Shown here: positions 49,163 to 58,799 of the stretch, one piece after another
Position numbering within the stretch: the first letter of the stretch is position 1
Layout: every line of letters starts with the position of its first letter
DNA from: Candidatus Undinarchaeales archaeon
GTDB taxonomy: Archaea; SpSt-1190; JASMDC01
Length of the DNA stretch: 64,000 nucleotides
Direction: 5' to 3'
Assembly (NCBI GenBank): GCA_030753015.1
Contig: JASMDC010000001.1
Span: 1-64,000 of the forward strand
Made by a program: the position numbers and the translations under genes
Notes under the pieces: model-generated
The model's database searches: none
The model's input: only the letters and a program-made list of their open reading frames with translations
What the model was told of the DNA's origin: nothing

Positions 49163-50326
49163 CTACTCCGTGTCACGTCCCCGAGGCAGCGCGAACCCAC
49201 CATAGGCGAGCGTGAGCACCGTCATCACTGCCGCGAAGGCGATGGCCGGTGCGAAGTCGCCTGTGCGCGTCGCCAGGAACCCGGCCGCGAGCGGGCCGAT
49301 GACAGCACCAGCGTTGTAGGCGAAGGTCAGTGCCCCCATGCCGCGGGCCCGTTCCTCGTCACTGGTGTGGTTTGCCACGAGCGAGAGCGTGGGGACCTCC
49401 GTGAGAACGTACATGGGGAACGCCCACATCAAAATGACGGCCCAGAGCCGCATGCTCGTGTCCGGGAGCACAGGAAGAGCGAGCATCCCGAGGAACACCA
49501 CCAGGTATCCGCCGATACCGGCCAGCATGATGGATATCCCACCACCGGAACCCACCATCCTGCCAATGCGACGGGCGCTCAGGATGGCCAGGAGGGTGGC
49601 GGTGGCGTTGAGGTACCCGAGCCATGAGCCGCTCCCTCCGATGGAGATGAAGTAGAGCGGGAAGAGCGAGCTGAAACCGAACCGAGCGGTATTGAGGAGA
49701 ATACTTATGGTGCACACGGCCATCAGAGCACGGTTGCCGAAGATGAAGGAGAGGTCCATGCCGCCGACCTGCTGCTCCTTGTGGTCGTCCTCCTCGATGA
49801 GAAAGGCCATGACCACGGCCACGCCGCATCCCACGAGACCGAGGATTGCTGCGGCGTTGACCCCCCCCATCCCGAACAGGAGGCCGCCGAGAAGGGATGC
49901 TGCGAAGAACCCGCCGGAACCGGCCGTCTGGAGATCACCGGCCGCCTCTCCCGAGGATGCGCCGGAGGCGACAGTGATGTAAGCGTTGACCAGGGGATTG
50001 ACGCTGCAGTGGACGAGAGCGAGCGCGGCCACTATCACGATGAAGGCGTCGGGACCGGTCACGACGAACGGCACCGCCATGGTGAGGACCATGGCCAGCG
50101 TCCCCGCCACTAGGAATGGGCGGGTGCGTCCGTAGGCGTCCCGCAGACCCGTCCAGATGTTCACGGCGAGCAGGGTGGCCAGTGCCATCACCGTTGTGAG
50201 CGACGCCACGTGGAGATAGCTACCGCCGATCTCACGGAGGTGGAGTGAGAAGAAGAGGATGACGATGGCGTACATGCCCCAATATGAGGCAAGGATTACG
50301 TAGGGGGCGCGTGCGGCGAGGTCCAC
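49163..50326 (-). CDS. MFS transporter
   Basis: About 12 TM segments, DAYGRTRP loop, ERARGMG motif. Confidence 0.85.
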   Translation of the reverse strand: MDLAARAPYVILASYWGMYAIVILFFSLHLREIGGSYLHVASLTTVMALATLLAVNIWTGLRDAYGRTRPFLVAGTLAMVLTMAVPFVVTGPDAFIVIVAALALVHCSVNPLVNAYITVASGASSGEAAGDLQTAGSGGFFAASLLGGLLFGMGGVNAAAILGLVGCGVAVVMAFLIEEDDHKEQQVGGMDLSFIFGNRALMAVCTISILLNTARFGFSSLFPLYFISIGGSGSWLGYLNATATLLAILSARRIGRMVGSGGGISIMLAGIGGYLVVFLGMLALPVLPDTSMRLWAVILMWAFPMYVLTEVPTLSLVANHTSDEERARGMGALTFAYNAGAVIGPLAAGFLATRTGDFAPAIAFAAVMTVLTLAYGGFALPRGRDTE

Positions 50327-50333
50327 TGAAGGC

Positions 50334-51119
50334 TCACCGCTCTCGTGTGACGATATCGTACATGTCGTTGGCGGCGGCCAGTTCCTCGGGCGACACTTCG
50401 TCCAGTGCCGTCATGTAATCGTCGATCCACACGCGGGAGAACCAGCCCTTGCGCTCACCAAGCAGCCTGACCGAGGCCGCGAAGAACTCGGGCGACGGGC
50501 TCTTCTCCCACAGGCGCTGGAACTTCGCCATCCCCTCCCGCTGGGAGTCCATGAGAGCAGGGAGCCGGGCGGCCTTGTACGATGCGATGTAGTCCTCGTC
50601 GAAGTAGCCCGAGCCCTCGAGCACCGCCATCTCCGTGAATGTGGCGAAGCCCTCGGACGTGAGCTCGTCCTTCCACGTTGGATTGCCCGTGTAGTCGTCG
50701 AGGAAGGCGTGAGCGTACTCATGGACAGTGACTATCTCGGGGATCATGGCGTCCCAGAATGCGAGCTGACGGTCGATCGCTGCTGCGCGTCCCGGGTCCC
50801 AGGTATCGTTCGCCGCCTCGTCGCGCATGCGTTGGTAGCGCGGTACGCACTGCTCACGGTGCTCGTCCTGGTCCTCCAGGTACACGGCCTTGTGCATCCC
50901 CTGCAAGAGGTTGCGGTGTGGGCTGTAGAAGCCTACCTCCACACGACCTGTCAGCTCCAGCGGGTCCCGCTGAGCCTTCCGGTGGAAGTGCTTGGAGTCG
51001 AGCACGTAAGCGGGGACGTCGGGGGCACTCTCGCCGTATATCCCCTCGAGGTACGAGTCGACGAGCTCCCTGCCGTGGGCCACGAGCTCCTCCTGCTCCA
51101 CCAGGTCGTACACGGACAT
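50334..51119 (-). CDS. HEXXH zincin-like metallopeptidase
   Basis: VHEYAH followed by SEGFATF (gluzincin-like). Confidence 0.65.
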   Translation of the reverse strand: MSVYDLVEQEELVAHGRELVDSYLEGIYGESAPDVPAYVLDSKHFHRKAQRDPLELTGRVEVGFYSPHRNLLQGMHKAVYLEDQDEHREQCVPRYQRMRDEAANDTWDPGRAAAIDRQLAFWDAMIPEIVTVHEYAHAFLDDYTGNPTWKDELTSEGFATFTEMAVLEGSGYFDEDYIASYKAARLPALMDSQREGMAKFQRLWEKSPSPEFFAASVRLLGERKGWFSRVWIDDYMTALDEVSPEELAAANDMYDIVTRER

Positions 51120-51198
51120 CGGAGCACCGACCTTGCCTTATAAACCTTCCCGCAAGACCGTTCCGGTTCGTGCAAGGTGGGGCCGCGCTTCCAGTTCC

Positions 51199-51777
51199 TC
51201 AGGCTTCAGGGGCATCACCTACGAGTGGTATGGTCCTGCCGTACAGTACGTTTGAGACGAATGGATCACCTTCTGAGCGCCGGCGATCGTACTCCTCGGA
51301 CGAGAGGAGGATATAGTTGACCTCGCGGGAGAATCGCTCCTTCAGCTCCCGTGCTGCGTGCATGAGCCGGTCCTCATCAACGGACCCGACCACTATGAGG
51401 TCCACATCACTCTGGAGCGTGACCTCATTACTGGCGAACGAGCCGAACACGAACGCCTTCTCGATGCCGTCCATCCCGGACAATGTCTTGGCGAGCGCGC
51501 CGACGAGCCCTTCCGTCTTTAGGAACATGGACCTTAGCTCGTCGAAGATCGGTGAGGATGGATCTGCTTCGTAGAGCAGGAGGTTCCCCTTCGAGGAGGA
51601 GCGTACGATACCGGCCCGCAAGAGTCGTGCGAGCTCCCGCCGTACGGCATTGATGTTCACGTCCGACCTCCGTGCGAGCTCTCGCACATGAAGAGGTGTG
51701 TCCGGCGAGAGAAGGAGAAGAGAGAGCACTCTCGTGCGAGTTCTAGAACCGAGGATGATCTCAAGCATGAATACCAT
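51199..51777 (-). CDS. wHTH-minimal nucleotidyltransferase fusion
   Basis: HVRELAR...VRRELARL; VFGSFA, SDVDL. Confidence 0.85.
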   Translation of the reverse strand: MVFMLEIILGSRTRTRVLSLLLLSPDTPLHVRELARRSDVNINAVRRELARLLRAGIVRSSSKGNLLLYEADPSSPIFDELRSMFLKTEGLVGALAKTLSGMDGIEKAFVFGSFASNEVTLQSDVDLIVVGSVDEDRLMHAARELKERFSREVNYILLSSEEYDRRRSEGDPFVSNVLYGRTIPLVGDAPEA

Positions 51778-51971
51778 ATGTATTCACTTGTATAAATATT
51801 TTATTCATTTTAACCATCTTTTCGGCGCCCTTCCTGTATGTTCCTTCCAATGATGTGGCCTTGGGTAGGGGATCTTGGAGTGGTATCATAGCTGCTCAGG
51901 CCTCTTAACGGTTGTGTACTACTCGCGGTAGTCACAATCTGATTTAACGGACGGACGACCACTAGAGTCAT

Positions 51972-52250
51972 ATGACGGGCCATGAGGGCGACCATGCACC
52001 AGATAGACGGCAACGGAACCGCTTGAAAAAGATCAAGCTCGTCCTCCCCGATGACGCCTACACGTTCATCGAGGAGCACGAGGGGGTCGACTGGAGCGAG
52101 GTCGCCCTCAACGCGATCGTGAGATATGCCCAGGACCTGGAGCTCATGGACAAGCTCGCAGGCGAGGTGGAGCTCACCAAGGACGACGTGGAGGCGCTTG
52201 AGCGCAGGATCAGGACCAGCCTCGCGAGACAGGGGAGGGGACACGTATGA
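51972..52250 (+). CDS. Small RHH/antitoxin-like protein
   Basis: LVLPDD...HEGVDWSEVA pattern. Confidence 0.6.
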   Translation: MTGHEGDHAPDRRQRNRLKKIKLVLPDDAYTFIEEHEGVDWSEVALNAIVRYAQDLELMDKLAGEVELTKDDVEALERRIRTSLARQGRGHV

Positions 52251-52459
52251 GAACGAAAATAGTCGTGAAATCGGACAAGGTGCCCCAGGACCTGATAGTT
52301 CTGTCGGTCCCCGACGACATCCATACCATCATGGAGCGGCACGAGGAGGTCCGGTGGAACAAGGTCGTGGAGCACGAGATACTACGGTACATCGATGATC
52401 TCGTGTCATCTGACCGGTCGAACGATATGGTCGGCAGCAGCGGATCCCCACGAGTGTGA
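52247..52459 (+). CDS. Small RHH/antitoxin-like paralog
   Basis: LSVPDD...HEEVRWNKVV; ATGA overlap with the previous gene. Confidence 0.55.
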   Translation: MRTKIVVKSDKVPQDLIVLSVPDDIHTIMERHEEVRWNKVVEHEILRYIDDLVSSDRSNDMVGSSGSPRV

Positions 52460-52469
52460 ACCGGACCTT

Positions 52470-53285
52470 CTACCCGATCTTGTCCTTTACGCCACGCTCT
52501 TCCAGGTAAGCGCGCACCACGTCCATCTTAGCATCGATGTATGCTAGAGCATCCGGCTCCCGGTCCTTGTCAAAGAGCGGGCCGTAGTAGAACTTGTTGT
52601 ACATGGCGGCCTGGAGCCCGAACCAGCACCATGCCTGGGTGGGGAACGAGAGGAGCGCCTCACGGTAGCGCCTGGGAGAGAGCGCACCCTCGGCGGGCCT
52701 GACCATCCGGATGCCCGCTTCCTCGAGCGCATCGTGCACTGCGTTCTTGTTGGGGAGGCTGTAGACGGGGTTCTCGTAGGTGATGCCATGTTCCTCGTAC
52801 AGCCCGCGGAGCCGGTCCATGACTCCGCGTGTCTGTGCAGGGTAGAACGCCTCCTCCCGGCTGGCCCCGTCGGCCACGCGCCGGACATCCAGCTCGAGGC
52901 AGTCAGCGATCGCCTGGGCGTGCATGGCCAGCTTGCATCCCATGCAGATCAGAAGGAACAGGCGCGAGCCGAACCGTTGCCGGTCGGCGTCCACGTCGTC
53001 CACGGCGATACGGCGGAAGAGCGAAGTGTAATCGTTCATGTGGTGGACGAAACGGTCCTTCCCGAACGCCTCCTCGAGCTGCTTGGCGTTGATGCTCGAC
53101 TTGGAGATGTCGCGGAGACCGGGGAATGTGAGCACTCCCCTGCGCACGGTCTGCCGGTCGTAAGTGAGGAGGTGCACGGGGCGGAAACGGCGGGACATGA
53201 GCACGGCGGCAAGCGTGGAGTCGGAACCGCCGGAGTAGAGCACAGCACAAGGAGCGTCCGTCGATGTGCCCTTATCGTCGCTCAT
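52470..53285 (-). CDS. PP-loop (N-type ATP pyrophosphatase) protein
   Basis: LYSGGSDST, CMGCK, VADG, YENPV. Confidence 0.75.
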   Translation of the reverse strand: MSDDKGTSTDAPCAVLYSGGSDSTLAAVLMSRRFRPVHLLTYDRQTVRRGVLTFPGLRDISKSSINAKQLEEAFGKDRFVHHMNDYTSLFRRIAVDDVDADRQRFGSRLFLLICMGCKLAMHAQAIADCLELDVRRVADGASREEAFYPAQTRGVMDRLRGLYEEHGITYENPVYSLPNKNAVHDALEEAGIRMVRPAEGALSPRRYREALLSFPTQAWCWFGLQAAMYNKFYYGPLFDKDREPDALAYIDAKMDVVRAYLEERGVKDKIG

Positions 53286-54220
53286 GCGTCATCACCCTCC
53301 TCCTCGTCCCCTTCCTCTTCTGGGACCACATCCCCCTCGTCCTCTGGTGCCTCGGGCCACATGACCCTGGCGATGAAGGGGAGACCGATCAGCATGGGGA
53401 ACCCGCTGGCGACGATACGCTGGAGCAGGTCCGCTGTGATGATCGCCTCGGGAGGTCCCAGTCCCTTGTAGAAGGTGAGCATGGACCATTCAACGCTCCC
53501 CAGTCCACCAACGGTGATCGGCACGGCGGCCAGCATGATGGTCAGCGGCAGGTAGAGCATGACCGTGGTGAACGGCACGTCCATCCCCGCCATGGAGAAG
53601 TACAGGGTGTTCATAACGCATACGCTCAGCCACACGGCGAGGGCAAGAGCGTAGAGCTCGAGCACGTTCTGCCGTCCCAGGGCGCGGAAACTGGTGAACA
53701 CGGGATGGTCGACAAGACGCGAGGCGGCGACAGCGGCCAGTATGAAAGCGCACACGGCCACGAGGGCCCAAGTGAACTGTGTTCCCAGGACCTGGCCGGA
53801 GAACGCGAGCCCCAGGACCGATACGGTCACCAGCGCTGCAAGGTCGAAGACGTTGTCCAGGAACACCGAGGACACGCCCTTGACGAAGGGGAACAAGTGG
53901 GTCACACGCAGGTAGTTCGCCTTGAGGAGGTCCGAGGTCTTCATGGGGAGGACGACCTCGGCGGGTGATGCACCGCAGTACACCATGACCGTCTCCGATA
54001 CGGGGATGGTGCATCCCGTGTGCTGGAGGATGCGCTGCCATCGTAGCGACAGGATAGCGATGATCCCGAGCTCGATGGCGAGCGCCAGGACCAATATGGT
54101 GGAATCGATAGCTGCAAGGCGCTGGCTCACGTCCTCCATATCGATGTTGCGGAGCGTGAACCACAGCAGGAAGACCGAGAACGCCACGGGGAATAGGGTG
54201 CGGATGATTCGTTTGGGCAT
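53282..54220 (-). CDS. Lysylphosphatidylglycerol-synthase TM domain (UPF0104) flippase-like protein
   Basis: SLRW, LP.K..DLLK, DNVFD, PITVGGLGSVE. Confidence 0.8.
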   Translation of the reverse strand: MPKRIIRTLFPVAFSVFLLWFTLRNIDMEDVSQRLAAIDSTILVLALAIELGIIAILSLRWQRILQHTGCTIPVSETVMVYCGASPAEVVLPMKTSDLLKANYLRVTHLFPFVKGVSSVFLDNVFDLAALVTVSVLGLAFSGQVLGTQFTWALVAVCAFILAAVAASRLVDHPVFTSFRALGRQNVLELYALALAVWLSVCVMNTLYFSMAGMDVPFTTVMLYLPLTIMLAAVPITVGGLGSVEWSMLTFYKGLGPPEAIITADLLQRIVASGFPMLIGLPFIARVMWPEAPEDEGDVVPEEEGDEEEGDDA

Positions 54221-54309
54221 CTCATGCCCTCCCGGGGCCAGCACCCGAGGCCTGCATAGGATTGGATGGGCTGTGAAGATTTAAAAAGAGGGCGGCGGGG
54301 CGGTAGCTC

Positions 54310-55242
54310 TCATCCCTCTTCCTCCTCGTCATAGGCGCCGGACAGTGCCCGGGCACCGCTCGGATCGGCGGCGTCGGACCAGATGACACGGGAAATGATG
54401 GGTAGACCCACCAAGAGGGGGAAGGCCGTGGTCACCAGGCGCTGGAGCACAGCGGCGGTGATGATCGCCTCGACAGGTCCGAATCGGCCGTAGAAGAGGC
54501 GCATGGTCCACTCCATGCTCCCCACACCGCCAACGGTGATGGGGAGGGCGGCCAGGACCACCGTCAGGGGAAGGTAGAGCATCACCGCTGTGGTTGGGAC
54601 GTCTATGTCCGCCATTGAAAAGTAGAGGGTGACGCTGGCCACCACAAGTATCCAGACGCTCAGGGCAAGGACGAAAAGCGTCGCGATAAGCCGGGGGCCA
54701 AGGGCCTGAAAGCTGGCGAACACCGGGTGATCCACAACACGGGAGGCGGCCGCAACGCCCGCTACCAGCGTACCGATCCCCGCGAGCACCCAGACCGCCT
54801 GTCCGGGCACGACCTCGCCTGAGAGCGCCACGCCCAGTGAGAGAATGCAGATCAGTGCCGCAAGGTCGAACAGGTTGTCCAGGAGGATTGTGGACACACC
54901 CTTCGCAAACGGAAGGCACTGGTGGACATGCAGGTAGTTCGCCTTGATGAGGTCGGCGGTCTTGGCTGGGAGAACGATCTCGGCCGGGGCAGTGCCTACA
55001 TACACCATCATGGCCTCGCTTAGGGGCAGCTCGCACCCGGTATGTTGGATGATGAGCCGCCACCGCAGGGAGATGAGGATGATGATGGCCACTTGGAGCG
55101 CCAGCACCGCAACGATCGGAGCTAGACCGATCCCACCAAGACGCTGGAGCACGCCGTGGGGGTCCACGTCCCGGAGGACATAGGCAAGCAAGGTCAGGGA
55201 TATGGCCACCGGAATGCCGGCCTTCAATGTCCGGGAATCCAT
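54310..55242 (-). CDS. UPF0104 flippase-like paralog
   Basis: Closely similar to the neighbouring gene along its whole length. Confidence 0.8.
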   Translation of the reverse strand: MDSRTLKAGIPVAISLTLLAYVLRDVDPHGVLQRLGGIGLAPIVAVLALQVAIIILISLRWRLIIQHTGCELPLSEAMMVYVGTAPAEIVLPAKTADLIKANYLHVHQCLPFAKGVSTILLDNLFDLAALICILSLGVALSGEVVPGQAVWVLAGIGTLVAGVAAASRVVDHPVFASFQALGPRLIATLFVLALSVWILVVASVTLYFSMADIDVPTTAVMLYLPLTVVLAALPITVGGVGSMEWTMRLFYGRFGPVEAIITAAVLQRLVTTAFPLLVGLPIISRVIWSDAADPSGARALSGAYDEEEEG

Positions 55243-55243
55243 C

Positions 55244-56914
55244 TCACGCTGACCGCCGCACGACCAGGTCGTCCATGACCAGCACATCCATGCCAGAACC
55301 ACGGAAGGTGCGCACCGCCTCTTGCGGTGTGCGGACGATGGGCTCGCCCCGGTCATTGAATGACGTGTTGAGCACGAGCGGTACTCCTGTTTCCTTTGCA
55401 AAGGCCGAGATGAGGGCGTGGTACCGGGGATTGGTACGTCGGTCGACGGTCTGGAGCCGTGCGGTGCCGTTCACGTGGACGATGGCGGGGACCTCATCGC
55501 GTCGCTCCTCGCGCACTCCGTATGTGAGCAGCATAAAGGGCGACGGGTCGTTGCGGTCGAACCACTTGCCGGTCTCTTCGACCAGGATGGATGGCGCCAG
55601 CGGACGCCACTGCTCCCGTCGCTTGACCTCGTTCACCCGGGTGTGCATCGCCCGGTCCCGGGGATCGGCGAGTACGGAGCGGTTGCCCAGTGCCCGTGGT
55701 CCGAACTCAAGGGCACCCTGGACCCAGCCGACCACTTTGCCGTCGGCGAGCAGTTCCGCGGCAACGACCGCGGGATCGTCCACGCGCTCGGCATCGAAGC
55801 CCTCCGCCCGCAGCACGCGCTCTGCCTCGTCACCATCGATGCCCGGACCCAGGTATGGGTGCGTCATGGTCCACGCGGGCTCGCCCTCCTCGGCGGCCAC
55901 AAGGAGAGCCGCTCCCACAGAGCAGCCGGCATCGTTGGCCGCAGGCTGGACGAACACCTCGCGCACGTGCTCGCTGGCCAGCAGCTTACCGTTCATTGAG
56001 CAGTTGAGCGTCACTCCGCCGGCAAGGCAGAGGCGTTTGAGCCCGGTCCGGTCGTAGAGGTGGTCGGCGAGTGCGAGGGCCGCCTCCTCGAGGTCGGTCT
56101 GGAGCGTGGCGGCCAGGTTCTTGTGCTCATCGGTGAGCTTGCCCTCGTGCCGCGTCAGTCGGCGGGCGGCCCGGATCCGCTCGTTGTTGATGGCCACGCG
56201 GCCGCGCTGATATCGGGTCAAGGGGCCCAGCTCGCTGTCGTACCGCCCGTACGGGGCAAGGCCCATGGTCTTCCCCTCCCCGAACTGGCCCATGCCCAGG
56301 ATCTGGGTCACCTGGTCGTAGAGCAGGCCCAGCGAACCGCTGATGGGCAGACGCTCCATGAGCTCGAGCTCGCGACCGCGCCCTACGAACAGGGATGTCG
56401 AGTCGCGCTCACCGGCGCCGTCCATAACAAGGACCGCAGCATGATCGAACCCCGACGCGTAGTAGGCGGAAGCGGCGTGCGCCGTATGGTGGGGGACATG
56501 GACGATCCGGCCGACACGCTTGGCGATGGAGCGTAGCCAGCGCACCCGCCGGGGGTAACCGGCCACAAGCCCCTCCACATAGCTGCTCGTGTCCTGGCGG
56601 TCGGGATCCCTTACCTTGGTAGTGATGGGCTCGATGGCGTTGACGTACCGGATCACGTCATAGGTCATCCTGTACCAGCCCGCTAGCCCGATATCGAACC
56701 CAAGGGCCACGGCGTCGACGTCGTCCAGGTCCAGCCCACGCGAGCTCAGGCACCACTCCATGGCGCGGGCGGGGGGATCTCCGCCGTAGTAGAAGCCATC
56801 GGCGTGCTTGACACGGGTGAACCGCTCTTCCTCGACGGCAGCAGTCACACGCCCGTCCTCGACAAGGCAGGCAGAGCTGTCGTGGCTGATGTCCTGGAGG
56901 CCCAGCACACGCAT
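55244..56914 (-). CDS. Carbamoyltransferase (CmcH/NodU family)
   Basis: HDSSAC, EEERFTRVKH, HHTAHAASA, DGAGE, EGKTMGLA, GPRALGNRS, NTSFN. Confidence 0.93.
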   Translation of the reverse strand: MRVLGLQDISHDSSACLVEDGRVTAAVEEERFTRVKHADGFYYGGDPPARAMEWCLSSRGLDLDDVDAVALGFDIGLAGWYRMTYDVIRYVNAIEPITTKVRDPDRQDTSSYVEGLVAGYPRRVRWLRSIAKRVGRIVHVPHHTAHAASAYYASGFDHAAVLVMDGAGERDSTSLFVGRGRELELMERLPISGSLGLLYDQVTQILGMGQFGEGKTMGLAPYGRYDSELGPLTRYQRGRVAINNERIRAARRLTRHEGKLTDEHKNLAATLQTDLEEAALALADHLYDRTGLKRLCLAGGVTLNCSMNGKLLASEHVREVFVQPAANDAGCSVGAALLVAAEEGEPAWTMTHPYLGPGIDGDEAERVLRAEGFDAERVDDPAVVAAELLADGKVVGWVQGALEFGPRALGNRSVLADPRDRAMHTRVNEVKRREQWRPLAPSILVEETGKWFDRNDPSPFMLLTYGVREERRDEVPAIVHVNGTARLQTVDRRTNPRYHALISAFAKETGVPLVLNTSFNDRGEPIVRTPQEAVRTFRGSGMDVLVMDDLVVRRSA

Positions 56915-56977
56915 GGAACGGGGGAGGTGCGCGAAGATTTAAAAATGGGTCGAGCCCATCCCCGGTCAGAGGCCTCC

Positions 56978-58312
56978 ATGGAACTACTTCGCCTTACCCG
57001 GAGCGTATGCCCGACCTGCCTGAAGGAGGTCGAGGCCCGCATAGTCGACCGGGGCGATGCAGTGGTGATGGAGAAGGGATGCGACGACCACGGACCAGTA
57101 GAGGTGCTCCTTGCTCGTGACGGGACCGCCCTGCGCGAGCTGCTGCCACTGCGAGAGCGTCTCGGGCTGGGCCGGGGCGGTGGGGAGAGCTACTCCCTCT
57201 ATGTCACCTCCCGGTGCAACGAGCCTTGCCCCACCTGCTTTGCCAACCAGTGCCTGGACGGCTACCATGAGCCCTCGGTGTTCGAGGTGCGCTCAGCGCT
57301 CGAGGGGCTGCACGCACCTCGTGTGAGCGTGTTCGGCGGCGAACCCACGGAACGTGCGGACCTGTTCGAGATAGTGTCCGCCATACGTGACGCAGGAGGC
57401 GAACCCGTCGTGTTCACCAATGGGCTCAAGCTGGTCGATCCCAACTACGCACGGGAGCTTGTCGACGCTGGTGCCCGCGAAGTGCGGCTTGAGATCGATA
57501 CCCTCGATCCGGACATCCTGGCCCGCCTGCGGGGGGCCGATGTGCTTGACGCCAAGCTCACGGCGCTCGACAACCTCGATACTCTGGGAGCCACCGCCTT
57601 TATCGAGGCCGTTGTGGTCCCGGGTGTGAACGAAAGTCCATTCGACATGCTCATGGAGCTTGCTGCTCGAACTCCCTGCGTGCGGGGGATCTCATTCAGG
57701 TCATACGCTTTTCGGCCCAGGCCAAAGGAACGGCGTGTGCAGCCGTTGCGCCCCGATGAGCTGATAGCTCTGGCCACCGAGGCCACCGATGGTGCGGTTA
57801 CCATAGCACGGGTGGTCGCCTTCCAGAAGGTGCTGGCAGCTTTCCTCCGCCTCGCCGGTCACCGCTGGTGCCCGGCCGACCTCATCTATCCTATGGTGCG
57901 TCACGGGGAGGATGTGGTCCCTGTGCACGACGTGGCGGACGTGGACGCTCTCGCAAGTGCCGTGGAGCGGACTGCCCACCTCTGGAGCACCTACCCGGCC
58001 CTGGCGACGGTCCGGCTGTCGGCAGCGGCGGCACCTCACCTTGCTGGACGCGAGGCCATGGGGCTTGGCGCCTCGGCCATCCAGCGCGTGCTCGCTGCCC
58101 TCGTCGGTCGGCAGACCTCACTGGACAGCGACCTGGTGCTCCTGTCATTCGGGGCGTTCTGCGATCCGACGGTCATCGACCTGGACCTCATGGGCCAGTG
58201 CCCCGTACGTGACCTGCTCCACCCTGAGCGACGTGCCATGTGCGCGTCCTACCTGGCGTACCTGCGAGATGCTCCCACGGACCGTCGCATCTGGAAGGTC
58301 CGAGCTCCTTAG
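56978..58312 (+). CDS. Radical SAM protein, divergent Tes/MJ0619-like
   Basis: N-terminal TRSVCPTC...KGCDDHG, CNEPCPTC, GGEPT, C-terminal FCD...D....CP...MC. Confidence 0.7.
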   Translation: MELLRLTRSVCPTCLKEVEARIVDRGDAVVMEKGCDDHGPVEVLLARDGTALRELLPLRERLGLGRGGGESYSLYVTSRCNEPCPTCFANQCLDGYHEPSVFEVRSALEGLHAPRVSVFGGEPTERADLFEIVSAIRDAGGEPVVFTNGLKLVDPNYARELVDAGAREVRLEIDTLDPDILARLRGADVLDAKLTALDNLDTLGATAFIEAVVVPGVNESPFDMLMELAARTPCVRGISFRSYAFRPRPKERRVQPLRPDELIALATEATDGAVTIARVVAFQKVLAAFLRLAGHRWCPADLIYPMVRHGEDVVPVHDVADVDALASAVERTAHLWSTYPALATVRLSAAAAPHLAGREAMGLGASAIQRVLAALVGRQTSLDSDLVLLSFGAFCDPTVIDLDLMGQCPVRDLLHPERRAMCASYLAYLRDAPTDRRIWKVRAP

Positions 58313-58799
58313 ATATTTATCGGCTCGGCTGGGATTGAGCATGCCTCGATACGGACGACTGTCGCTCCCGCTGTTATGATGGGGGCACGAAGCGCGGCCG
58401 TGCTCTGGGATGCCCTGGGGACGTTAGGGTCGATGCCTTTCAGTGGATCTACGACTGTATGGGGGATCTGCTTTTTATCCGACACCGTTTTCGGGTATCC
58501 TGCATCTCACCTTCAAATCACAGGCGGATGTCGGGTAATCCGCATACTGTTTCGGAAAAGGCGATGTTCGTGTCTGGTAAACACCACCCTGTCGAACGGA
58601 AAGCGGCGGGCTTGATAGGTGATTCTTACGCCTTTTGCACGAGGGGGCGAAGTATATCCGACGAAATGAACTAGATGAAGAAGCGAACGATTTGTTCGGG
58701 TATAAGGAGTTATACGCCATACGCTTGATTGTTGAAGGATTCGACAAGTAAATAAACCGTTACGGCCATTGAAGTGGTAAGATAACGTAACAATCGGAT

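Noticed and set aside
47582-53285. queD plus PP-loop gene as a preQ0/archaeosine operon
   Set aside because: The PP-loop protein lacks the QueC C-terminal four-Cys Zn motif, no queE is adjacent, and the genes are 4.5 kb apart.
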